This document shows, in pieces, positions 12,742 to 23,639 of a DNA stretch of 64,000 nucleotides. The DNA lies in NCBI GenBank assembly GCA_002269645.1, contig NIVC01000572.1, forward strand, positions 124,001 through 188,000, written 5' to 3'. The position numbers were made by a program, and so were the translations under genes. Each line of letters starts with the position of its first letter. Within the stretch, counting starts at the first letter, position 1. The stretch is from Macrostomum lignano (lineage: Eukaryota). The notes below the pieces were generated by a model. It saw only the letters and a program-made list of their open reading frames with translations, was not told the origin of the DNA and made no database searches.

Positions 12742-13497
12742 ATGAGCCCAGAATCCCATTATCAGACTGCCGCGATTCCATACCAGATCCTAACTGCAGT
12801 AGCCAACAAGCCGAGTGGCAGAGTACTGCTACGCTCCTTCTGCAAGAGCATCGGCTGGTGCGCATGCGACATCACAGCCTCAAATTCTCCACGAGCAATT
12901 ATTCCACCATACAGAGTCGACGCCGAGTCGGTAGATGGTGTACTACGCAATCGAAAACGGCGAGACATTTTTACGCCACAACCAGTCGCCCTCGGATCTC
13001 ACGGTACCGATTTACATAGCCATAATCTGAGTACTACTTCATACAGCACACATCAAGACAGTGGACTATCTTCTAGTGTAAGTCTAATCTCCAATATTGA
13101 GACTAGCAGCCGGCAATATGATGAAGCATCGCCAGCAAGCGACATCGCGATCGTCGGTACTTTGACGGGTCTGAATCAAAACGGCGAATTCATAAATGTC
13201 ACAGGAGTATCAGTTAATTCCTCAAGAACTGACGGTCAGGAAAATGATGAACAATCATACAGCAACAGCCACACCATCATTGCTACTGCTCATTTTCAAG
13301 GTCAGTCGTCTCGAGATCCATTGGAGCGCCAAGTGACTCCAGATCCAGCTGAACTGGTACATCATCAAGTAGGTCCCAATGCACAGAGCAATGGAACTTG
13401 GCTGCACATTATACTACTATTTACTATCGTCATCGTCATTATTTTTGTCTTCTCTCTTTTATGTGAGAGAGACGAGGAGAGGCAAGAGATGAGATGA
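12742..13497 (+). CDS. Candidate type-I membrane protein (Cys cluster, RNRKRR furin-like site, S/T-rich stalk, C-terminal TM helix); possibly an exon or fragment
   Basis: 251-aa ORF with FCKSIGWCAC, RNRKRR, several NxS/T sequons and WLHIILLFTIVIVIIFVFSLL. No signal peptide. The last codons run into a GA-rich repeat. Confidence 0.35.
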   Translation: MSPESHYQTAAIPYQILTAVANKPSGRVLLRSFCKSIGWCACDITASNSPRAIIPPYRVDAESVDGVLRNRKRRDIFTPQPVALGSHGTDLHSHNLSTTSYSTHQDSGLSSSVSLISNIETSSRQYDEASPASDIAIVGTLTGLNQNGEFINVTGVSVNSSRTDGQENDEQSYSNSHTIIATAHFQGQSSRDPLERQVTPDPAELVHHQVGPNAQSNGTWLHIILLFTIVIVIIFVFSLLCERDEERQEMR

Positions 13498-14329
13498 GAG
13501 AAGAGATACGATAAGATTGATAAGAAGATAAGATAAGAGAGACAAGAGAAGAGAAATGAGATGAAAGAGAAGAGAGCTGAGAAGAGACACAAGCCTTGAG
13601 CAGGCCGGATTGATATTGTAAAGTTACTAAGACTCGACTGCTGCATAGAGAGGCTTCGCAGGCCGTATGTTGCCGATCTCTGTAAATTTAAGCTGATTTT
13701 TATATTGTGTTTTACGCAAGCTACGACTATAATGCTATAGGGACTGGGATTGCACAAGCGAGGTCACAAGCAGGCAGTTAATTAATTAAAGGACTAAACG
13801 CCGAGTCAGCTCACAGCCAGACAGTTTGAAATCCGTCACTGACGACGACTCGAGCAAACGACGACGGCCTCAGTGAGACAGGCCTCAACGGTTGAAGCGG
13901 ATCAGCTACCTGACTGCGCTGAAGAGCGGCGGTGCAGCTACTGGCTCACAATGGCAACTGCGGCTTGACAAGCTGGTGGCAGCGGCTGAAACCCGGGAGA
14001 CTGCTGTTCATTCGCCGGATTTCTTGACCGGGCAGTCGTGCTGCTCGAGGTTGGCAGCAAACATATGGTCATGCAGCCGTTGCTATGTGATTTTTTACTT
14101 TGTTTTTTTATTTTTCACCCTAAGAGCTGCAGTTAGTTACATCTTTCGGTTTTTTAAACTCTTCATATTTTAGCTTTAGGTTGGACTTTTAAGGTAAAAT
14201 TTGTCAAATTAGCTGGACAAGTTTAGACTAAAATGCTTTTTAAAGTCGTTATTAAATTAGAATACAGTATATAAACAAGACGCGATGACTATTATATCTT
14301 TGCTATTTGCTTGCTTGTATATTTTTCAT

Positions 14330-14800
14330 TAAATCCGTGCTTCAAGGATATGATTTATTTAATTCTTCTCCATGCATGAAGAAAAGCTGCATGGAGGCAT
14401 ACCTTGGCGAGTGGACAGGAATTAAACAGGGTCCTGCTAGCCTGGGTCATCCCCAAAATCAGCAAGTGCTCAAGACTTTCAACGCCTTGAAAGTGAGTAG
14501 GAAATTATAGAGAGCAAATAGTTACACGGGAGCAGGGAAGACAAAGTTATCTTCCATAGGCTACACGGGCTACATGTAGGCTACATGGGCGCTCACTTGA
14601 GCTAGCGGTCTACAGAAAGCAAATAGGGAGGCAGGACGAGGAGGCAGAGTGCCGGATTTGCGGCGCAAGACGAGGAAACGTCGGGCCACCTGTAGTGACC
14701 TCCCACGGTCGTGTGCCGGTGCAGAGTCTCACGCAGCTGGGCTACCTCTGCAGCTACCGATACCGCCACTACGTACCCGGCTATGTAGGGTGCGTGAGCA
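14330..14800 (+). mobile_element. Decayed 3' fragment of a non-LTR retrotransposon (I/R1/Loa-like C-terminal zinc finger)
   Basis: Frameshifted pieces read LAVYRKQIGRQDEEAECRICG / DEETSGHL, resembling the C-terminal CxxC...ETxxHL motif of these LINEs. Contains stops and shifts. Confidence 0.4.
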
Positions 14801-15015
14801 ACAGAAACTTAAATTGAGCTGCAGAAATGGATTAGAAGAATTGATCTGTGATTATTTCATGAGAAGGTTACACAGAGAAGTAGTGAGTAAGTTGCAGAAC
14901 GGACTTTTAGACAGAAATTCGGGTGCTTAAAATGTGAGGGGCATTGTAAATTTATAAAAAGTGAACATTTAACCATTTTAAAGTGTAGCGTCTTACAGTT
15001 CTCATGCGGATCGAC

Positions 15016-15324
15016 TCAAACTGCCGTTAGCAGCGTGCGCTGCTTTCGATTGACTGACATCACATTAACGGCAGCTGGAAACTTGCCAACAATCGTTGGA
15101 TTGTTAGAAATATTCTCAGCCCTGGCATCTCCATCTGCAGTCGCTCTTTGATGCCTCCTGAGACGTTTCGTCCACCTCAGACGGCCGGGATTCAACAGTC
15201 GAGCCGCGTCGTGACGATAATTGGGCACGCAAAGCAGCAGCAGCAGACAGTTGGTCAGCGGCTGCACGGCCGAGCACAACCGACCAATGAACAGGCGCCA
15301 CTCGTCGTTCGTTGGGCGGTAGAA
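15016..15324 (-). CDS. GPCR last exon (TM7, helix 8, C-tail)
   Basis: Acceptor TTGTTAG|TTC at 15325/15324 is in phase 0 with the upstream donor. Reads FYRPTNDEWRLFIGRLCSAVQPLTNCLLLLLCVPNYRHDAARLL...; TGA at 15018-15016. Confidence 0.75.
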   Translation of the reverse strand, partial: FYRPTNDEWRLFIGRLCSAVQPLTNCLLLLLCVPNYRHDAARLLNPGRLRWTKRLRRHQRATADGDARAENISNNPTIVGKFPAAVNVMSVNRKQRTLLTAV

Positions 15325-15690
15325 CTAACAACATTATTGCAAGGCAAGGCGAATTCAAAAAGATGCGAAAATCTATGCGAGACAAATATAATTGCCGAAT
15401 TCGATAAATAAAAAAATACTAGCCATTGGAGTGTAAAACTTGAGCGAAGTTTCAGCTATCCGGATTTCTCTACGAGCTAATTCATTTCTACTGTGAGTTC
15501 TGTGACTTCTGTGGATGTTAGAATCTTTCAGAAACGTGTCACTTATCACAATACTTAAAGTTGAAGTTACATGTACATCCTGCTACTGCCATCGCTCCTT
15601 GCTTTTGTCAGTCTTCTAATAGATCCATGTATTAAAAAAACTCGCGTCAGTGACAAGTAACTTGAACTCTTTGTCAAGCGTCTTTCTCAC

Positions 15691-16748
15691 CTGCCCCAGA
15701 TCCCTGGCACCAGATGCCTGCGCAGCCAGACTGGCAGACAGAAACCTAACGTACATGATGCAGCTGTGCACAGCGCTCGGCGACTGCAGAGCCGCGTAGG
15801 TCAGCGAGCAAGCCAACAGGGACTGACTGACGCTGCGAAACAGGCGCCTGTCAATGATGTGATAGTCCAGGCTTTTGCTGCAGGTGTACTGTAAACAGCC
15901 ATCCGAATTCGTATCGACATTACGTCGGCGTCGACCGAAACGGGAACAACGCCACAAGTGTCGATAACCGGAGCTCGCTGCCCACAAAACGACAAACAGC
16001 GGCGCAAGGTCACCAATAAGTAGGTCGGTGAGTGGCCACAGCCAGGTGGTGAAGAGCTCCGTCACTGGCCAGGTGGCACCCCAGCCACAGTGATAAACTC
16101 TGTAGAATTCACCACTAGAGCTTTCTTTAACTAGCGCCAGCGTCCACAGGTGATGACCATTGATTAGCACGAGAATTACGCACATAAGTATGAGACTGTT
16201 CTTCACCCACTCAGCGCTGTATCGCTCAACACATCGCAGTGGTCGCACAACTAACCGTCTAGCATCAACGGCCATGGCGATTTGTAGCATCGCCTTGAAA
16301 TGGTACAGGATTGAGTAAAGCATGTTCATCAATTGGCAAGCCGACTCGTCCATCATCATCAGAGACAAGGTCAGCCTCACGTCGAAGACCGACTGCAGCC
16401 ATAAGTCTAGCTGGCGGTAGTATAAAATGATCGTGTCAACAGCGCTAAGAACAACCAGGTAGAAGCAAACCGGCAGCTGTCTATCGCAGTAACCAATGGC
16501 CACCCGGGCATTCAGCAGGTTCAACAATGTGCCAACCAGCACAAGTATGAGGGGTAAGGCGCAATTCGCCTGCAAGATGCTTTCGTCGATGAAGTCACCA
16601 GCGCAGATGTCAGCAGCCTGCAGTTGCTGTTCGGCAACTGCCCAAGTCGGCGGTTGTGTAGTGGTGGCATTGCCTACCCCTCGGAGTTGACCGCCAGCTA
16701 AAATGGGATTAAATATGAAGGTTGTTCGTTTGCAGAAATGATCGGGCA
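15691..16748 (-). CDS. Rhodopsin-class (class A) peptide-type GPCR, main exon TM1-TM6
   Basis: TM1 LILVLVGTLLN, TM2 YLVVLSAVD, extracellular Cys pair (ACQL...YHC), TM3 end AMAVDARRLVVRPLR, TM5 DLLIGDLAPLFVV, TM6 LTYAALQSP. Acceptor GCTACAG| at 16748; donor CAG|GTGAGA at 15691/15690. Confidence 0.88.
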
Positions 16749-17046
16749 CTGTAGCAAATCGACAGTCAATCTACACAGACAGTGATGATCGGCAAGCAGT
16801 CACGCAAGAGACACATGTGCGACCTGAGAATCATTTGGTTGATGGACCTACCTAACCGAAGTTATAGCTTGTATACAAAAGATTGTGCAGAAATGGAATT
16901 GTTATAAAAGGAAGTCAAATAAGTGCAGTAATTTGATACCTGTGTGTAGATAAGAAAAATTCGGGGTATTTTCGAATCTAAAGAAACCTACGGTAGCCTT
17001 GTGTAACAATGCCCTTATTGTACAAACAAAACCATGAGGGCATTAC

Positions 17047-17133
17047 CTGGGTAGTGACGTCTTCTGCTTGCCCTCCTTTCTAATCTTTCATCTGTCATCC
17101 TCACGCTCTCCATCATATTTTTGGCTAAACCAA
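17047..17133 (-). CDS. Probable GPCR N-terminal exon (phase 1-1, 87 nt)
   Basis: Acceptor CCTACAG| at 17133; donor CCAG|GTAATG at 17047/17046. In frame with the main exon (GLAKNMMESVRMTDERLERRASRRRHYP). Contains an in-frame ATG at 17116. Confidence 0.55.
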
Positions 17134-17643
17134 CTGTAGGCCTTTGCCGACTGTTTAGTTACGCTGACTAAACACCTGCGGCTGGATTCATATACTATCA
17201 TATACTATGAATATTAGTAACCTTTTGCCATTTCAGTCGGTGACTGCATGCGCTGTAGCACACAGTGTGCGAGCGTACGGTAATATTCTCGTGGACAACT
17301 GAAGTAGAAGGATCCTATAATCTCATGATTTGTGCGACTTTCCTGGATTACGAGTTCATTCATCTATGGTGTAAACTCTGGGGCTGATCTTGCTCGCCTG
17401 CAGCAGTTGCAAATGAGGCTATGGGCCAAATTAAATGCCGCTGCGCCAGCCTTGCTACCATAGACAAAAGCTCCGTGACATTGGCAAACGTATCTTGGAT
17501 TAAATTCAATGCGCGTAGGCCAAAATGGCTGGAAAAGGCTAATTGTGTCTAGATTTCACAGGCCACATCGCGGGCCGAAATGAAGATATGTGAGGCTAGT
17601 CTATGGCCAAACTTTTGCCAGAACGATTGAGTATAACATATGT

Positions 17644-17881
17644 AGGTGAATCCTGACACCTGCAAGATTTTTTCTGCCAACTTTGGAATGAATATTCCAA
17701 ATAGTCTTTGGCTTTAAGTTGAAAGTGTCTTTGGTTGTTTCTACAATTACACATCTACTGTCTATGGCTTCAAGTTGAAAGTGACTGTTGGCTAAATTTA
17801 GAATGGGTATTTTAGGAAACTGGATAAAGATATCCATTCCAAAGTTGGCAGAAAAAATCTTACAGGTGTCAGGATTCACCT
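17644..17881. mobile_element. Small MITE / inverted-repeat element (238 bp)
   Basis: ~47-52-bp TIRs AGGTGAATCCTGACACCTG(C/T)AAGATTTTTTCTGCCAACTTTGGAATG and the reverse complement. No clear TSD. Confidence 0.65.
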
Positions 17882-18849
17882 GCTGCGAGCCTGTAAAGAT
17901 TCACTGTATTGCCTTGGCACAGTTTCACTACAAAGTTTGTCCATTTTTTTGATCACCCGTTATATATAGCTACTAGAGTATCTAGATAAGTAGTCTTAGA
18001 ATAATTTATATGAAAATATGAAAATATAAATTTTTATTGAAAACTCAGTTTAATTTGATTAACTGGCCTAAACTGCCCGTTGGTTTAAAAACCAGATTTC
18101 ATTGTTTATGCTATCAACATCGGGCAATGAGTTTGTGGCCGATGAAGACTTTGCCGCGTTCATCAAGTTCTTAGAGAGTGGTCCGATGGAATAAGAAGAC
18201 TTAGAGAAGATGAAGAATTGCCATTCTCCACCGAAGAGCCAGCGATGTTAGCATAACCGCAACATCTTCTCTTCCTAGCAAGACTCGTGTCGGCCCATGG
18301 CTCGGTTTTGTGAACGCTTACATTTCCGGCGCTAATCGACTGTTGGAGTCAAATAATTAGTTGGAAAAAGTGATAGCTGGCTCCAATCATTTTTACCCAT
18401 ACTTCACACCTAAACAGACATGATTGCTTAAGTTGGAATGCGCGAAATTCTAGAAGGTGGTCTCCAGTGGGATTAACACGATTTGCGACTGTATCCGATA
18501 GAGTCCTTCTATCTCGGTTTGTTTAAAAGATAAAAACGACTTATGAATTATGAGACTCAGCCCAAACAAACAAAACAAAATACTCGTACAAATATGCAGT
18601 TTTCAAATTGTATTAGCAAAGTGGAAAATAAAATAATTGTCTCTAAATAGAAACATACATTGCCTCAAGACAGCTTTACGGGTACATGTTATAACGACAT
18701 TTTACGACTTCGGTGAAATTCTATCCAGTGGGTTTTCATACAGCTAATTTGAATTTGCCAACGAAATGCATGTTTATAGCTGCAATTTGGTTTTAAAGTT
18801 ATTGTCTCTCTTGCACTTTTTTGGCTAATTAATTCATGAAATTATTTCC

Positions 18850-20350
18850 CTGCTGCGGCAGCCAAGAGCGGGTCGACCTGCGCCTACAAGTACATGCTCG
18901 CTGCATCCGGCTGTTCTGCACGTACTCATTCACAGCTGCTCATCCAGAGGAGGCACGAGTGTTCTTTGAGCTCCTAGCTGGGCAGCTGGAGGAAGTGCCA
19001 AACCGGGACACACTGGTGGTGCTTGTGTAACGATTAACCGGCAGACTCGAAATTAACTGACGAAGACAAATACAGCAGAGGCAAACTTTGTAGCGGTAGC
19101 ACTTGATGATAGTAGCGAATGATGCGGGCGGTGGCCGCAGTTCTTATTTATTGTAACCGTATGAGTGGATAGTTAAGGGCTCGTTATTATCAATTCCGTC
19201 TGGGTAGTTAATAGAGATGGGCCGGGGTATTTGCTGAATCTGTAAGGAATGCACTGGGCGGCTACGCAACAACAAGATAGATGATAGATGATACAGCCAG
19301 TCGATGAGACTGAGGCAATGGCGACGATGTGATGGCAGTGATCGTGTGGTGGCGGTGCTCGTAGCGAGAACCTTTTCCAGACGGTAGTGGTGGCGTGGTC
19401 GAGAATTGACGGTGGCGTTGGCGCGACTGAGACTTGGCAGAGGCGTGGTTTAGAACTGTGGCGGAGCGAAGCGGAGAGAAGACGGGTAAACAGCAAACAA
19501 GGGGTAAAAACAAGGGTCTAACCCCGGGTGCCCTAGCCAGACAGGACTGAAAAAGAGCGGGCTGGGGTGGGCGCGCGAGGAGAGCTTAATTTCAGGCTAG
19601 CATAATTTATGTGCGGCTTTTCTATTGGCCGGCGAAAAAAAACCAACTTGAAAACAGAAATTATCGATCGCATCGTACATAGGCTTTACAAACGCACGCA
19701 ATGTTGTTTAAAATTCTTTGGGCATTACTTTAAGCAGACGTTAGAGTACGAGACCATTAAATTAACAATATCATGCATTGGCACTGATTTCGCTAAAACG
19801 GCCCTTGTCGGGGCTACCTTGACTGACAACGTCACGCTTGGAGACCTAATTGCAGTCCCGCGAAGTCCGAACGCTCGTTCTTTTGTCACCGGACGCGAGA
19901 ACGCCAACACGGTCACGCTGAAGTACCTGCTAAACTGGCTAGATCTTGTGTCCACTAACACCCAGTTCCACAAGCCTTCCTCCCGCCTGGTCACTTAATT
20001 TGCGGGCTGCAAGAGGAGGCGGCAGGATGCACGTGGGCGGAACGCGGAGGGAACGCCACTCGATCACTTACTGCGTTACTGAATGCGACACCATGGCATC
20101 GCGCTTGGCGATCAGCGCGAGGCGGTGGGGTACACAGACATCAGCGCTGCCGTGAGAGCTGTTTATGAACAGACGGTCCCACTGATGCGATCTGCACAAC
20201 GACCCTGCCTATCTGGTAGAGCGACCCCACCCTCAGGCGGACGCGTCTACCTTTGTGAATTGTGCGACTCCCTCTCGTCAGCATCGTGAACGCGCTAGAG
20301 CCGCCTCTGCTCATCAACTTCTCGCTCCCGCTAGACACACCGCTACAAGC
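18850..20350 (+). mobile_element. Decayed RTE-X-like LINE (APE endonuclease region) interrupted by an unrelated ~800-bp insert (~19030-19830)
   Basis: YSFTAAHPEEARVFFELLAGQLEEVPNRDTLVVL (APE AYAPT...D.LIVLGD region), then DLIAV...FVTGRENANT...LVSTNTQFHKPSSRLVT, then DISAAVRAVYEQTVPLMR. Many stops and frameshifts. Confidence 0.55.
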
Positions 20351-21048
20351 CAATTAAGGAGGACAGGGTACATTGTGACTATCCCGAAGAAGTCCGGGAC
20401 AAAGCGGAAATACAACTAGGAAAGACAAGGAAAGATATCTCGATTCTCGCCCATGAGGGTGAACCCCAAGGCACAAGGAGTGTACATGACAGACGATTAG
20501 AAAGCCAGCGCCGCTGTACACCCTGTGTGAGTGTACACCCTGAGTTGTGGTCGAAAAACAATGTGGTTGAAGGCGTTGCGCCAGGTTGCTTATACAGCCC
20601 GATCCTGTGCATATTTATTATTTGGACGATTTTTACAGACATTTCCGTCCTTCTACAGACATTTTCCGAATCGGCAAACTTCGGCCCTCGGGTCATTAGA
20701 AACTTCACAATATTAATCCGGCCAGCTCAAGGATTGTGTCTCTTCTCAGCCTCCTTCTCTATAATCTCCTCTCCCTTCTCTTCCCCCCCCTCTCTCTCCT
20801 TTCTCCCCTCCTCTGGCCCGCAGTCATGCGCTGGGTTCTCTATCTGGCCACTGAGCTAAAAAAGTTTGCCGAGCTCTGCAGTAGCGGGATGTAGATCTGA
20901 TGGAGTAACAGATTCCCCTACAAGCCGCTCTCCTTTCCAGACTACGGTTGAAAGTTAAAAGCTCCAATCTACAACACCCCTTTTACAGTGTCACATTCCT
21001 GGTATTCAGTGCGATGCATATTCCCTTACTAATGCCAAATTGACTCAC

Positions 21049-21293
21049 CGACTGCCAGCTCTTCGTCCTCCAACTGCAGTCCCCGAGTCCACATTACGCA
21101 ATAGTAGTCAGTAAGCCTCTCCGGACAGAACATGCCGTCGCTCTTGTAGAAACATCCGGAATTGATGGCGACAAACTTGCTAGTGCTGTTGCGCAATCGC
21201 CTGTCCAGCTCGTCCGGTGACTCCAGCGCGTGTCCGGACTTGCTGGCCCGGAACCGGATGCGACCTCCGCCGCCGCCGCCTCCGCGACCCATC
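21049..21293 (-). CDS. Candidate upstream coding exon of the GPCR
   Basis: Acceptor TATCAG| at 21293, ATG at 21292 and a strong donor G|GTGAGT at 21049/21048. It ends in phase 1, compatible with the exons at 17133 and 16748. GC3-rich codons. Confidence 0.45.
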
Positions 21294-21797
21294 CTGATAC
21301 TTGACTCTGGATTGAAAATTCACTTTAAAACTAAAAACAATCCTTGAACAAAGTCTCTATCCAATGCAATATACCAGCTGGGTTAAGCTACAGCATATAT
21401 GTGTATATATAGACTTGCACGCACGGGCTTAGCTATATCCAGTTTATCGTCCCAACTCTTCCCTCCCTCCGTTTCCCATTCGGTCAACATCCCTCTCCTT
21501 CTTCCTCTGTCTCTCAGCCCCTGTAGAGCCAGCGAATACCGAGGCTCTTCCCTGTTGGAAACGAAGGGTTTGCTATAGCAATATTTTGTTCATTCAAAGC
21601 CCCCAGAAAATGTCTGTGCTGCAGCTGGACAAAAAACCCTACGATTTAAAAAATCCAACTGCACGCAGTTACAGAAAGCTGGAAAAAATATTGTTTTCAT
21701 TGCAAAAGTTTTCGCTCCACATCTGCTTGTCTGTAAATTTAGAAAAGTACACATGAATCGCTTCTCACTGAATTGCGAAACACAATCAATGTCTCTT

Positions 21798-22165
21798 GGG
21801 GGGCCGTAGCCCAGCGGTAGCGCAGCTGCTCTGGTGTGCCAGCGACCCAGGCTCGATTCCAAGTGCAGTCACATTAATTTGGGACTGAATTGGAATCTCG
21901 GCTTGGCTCTGCTTGTGCAATTAACGGCCTTGAGAGCCAACCCCCCAAGGTGCAGTGAAGTGTACATGCCTAACGATAATATAAAGTTAGGGCCGCTGTA
22001 CACTCCTGTGTGAGTGTGTGCCTGCGTACGTATCCGCGCGCTTGTATGCCTGCTCAGGGGAGTCGGCGGAATGGGCAGCAATGCCTCTCGCCGGTTGTGT
22101 GCCAATGTCGCTTAAAGTGCGCCAGGGTGCACACAACCCCCCTGCCTCTAATAAAAAAACATAAA
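21798..22165 (+). mobile_element. tRNA-derived SINE, 368 bp
   Basis: tRNA-like head with A box TAGCCCAGCGG and B box GGCTCGATTCC, and an A-rich tail AATAAAAAAACATAAA. Perfect 14-bp TSD AATCAATGTCTCTT at 21784-21797 and 22166-22179. Confidence 0.85.
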
Positions 22166-23639
22166 AATCAATGTCTCTTCCTGATGTTGCTTGGAATGCG
22201 CTCATTTCTGCCGTCTTAACGAAAGAACTGTCCTTTACTGACGCTTACAAGTGGTTTCTACTCGAAACAGCAATCAGGATTACATAGTCTGGATTACAAT
22301 TTTTTCTTTATTTGCTCAGTGCATTTCTGTCAATCAGATGTTGACCCAATCATTATCGATGTAGCGAATATACGCTCGCAGATATCTTTCAATGGTTCGG
22401 TCTGTTAGTTAGCTGATTACGAGAAGTATACGTTCATTCATTCTACGTTGATTCTAAAGAAGTCACTAGAGTTGATCTATATTTAAAGGAATATCGCTTG
22501 AATATACAGTAGGGTTTCTGTGACCCATTTTAACTAATTTATAATAGCGATTTTCGGTGTTGGTTGCACCAAAAAAGGTTACATTATATATGACGTATTT
22601 ACATGATATTTACATGCACGTTATGACACACATATGCCACCCAATCAAAACTTTTAAAAGCCTCGTGTACAACTGCTGAAATAGAAGGACGTAGGCTATG
22701 CTGGATTTTCTTAGACTTGACTTATGCTTGGATTTCGTAAAAAATTTATGTTTGGATTTTCTTAGAAATGGGCAGGTAAGGAACTTACCAGTATGTTTGT
22801 CGTATTACCGGCATTCAACTTATTACTAAGAAAATTCAGTGTTTCGTCGTTCTAATGCAGTTGTACATCTAGATCCTCTGCTCTGCTTTTGCTGTAAGAT
22901 GTTTTATATCGATGCAGTTTATTTTGGCAACAGTATACAATTCTTCGGAAAAAATTTCTCGGTTGAATAACCAGAGATTAATTATTTGTCAAACTCTCTA
23001 TTATAGTGCCAGGAAAAAATTTGCAACCATGCGGAAAAACCATATTAAACAAAACGCACCATTAGTTGTATGTTCCTATTCAGCGTCAACAGAAGCATCT
23101 CATGCTCGGGTTGTCTTCTTCTCTTTCAATCTGTGGTTAGATGACAGCTATTATTTATAATGTATGCAAATTTTAATAGCTTCAAGGTCAATCAATTGAC
23201 GACCTTATTGATTGAAATCGTTCTCGAGCGCTCGCAAAAGCTTCATGTAAACTTGAAACAGTCGAATTTAACAGCCCGAAAAAAGAACAAAAATCTAAGT
23301 TCCTTCATGTGTGTCGTGAAGCAGTTGGCATCTGATATACTTCCGTTGTTGCTGCTGCATGCATGAAGTTGCTGCTGAATGGTGAAGAAACCTGACAGTT
23401 CTGGACACTGCAAGTCAGCCTCTACCCAGCACAGCACTCCGACTCTAGTATTGATCTCAGCGCGGGATCTTTCTCGACCCCAATTCTCTCAATCCCAATT
23501 GCCCTTCCCTATTTCTTGGCAAATTGATTTCCTATTTGCCCGTAGCCAAGAAGCATCAAGTGGATAGGATTTCTTAGTTTTTTTTAATCGAATTATAATT
23601 ACTATGCTATATACTGTGTTCAATCGCCTGCTCACCGAG

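Noticed and set aside
14520-14545. Walker A / helicase motif SYTGAGKT
   Set aside because: It is flanked by stops, lacks a preceding beta-strand and other helicase motifs, and lies in a decayed LINE fragment.
18120-18500. Possible decayed transposase fragment
   Set aside because: Only short stop-ridden frames with no identifiable catalytic motif.
21798-21872. Functional tRNA gene
   Set aside because: The acceptor and anticodon stems do not pair; it is the head of a SINE with a TSD.
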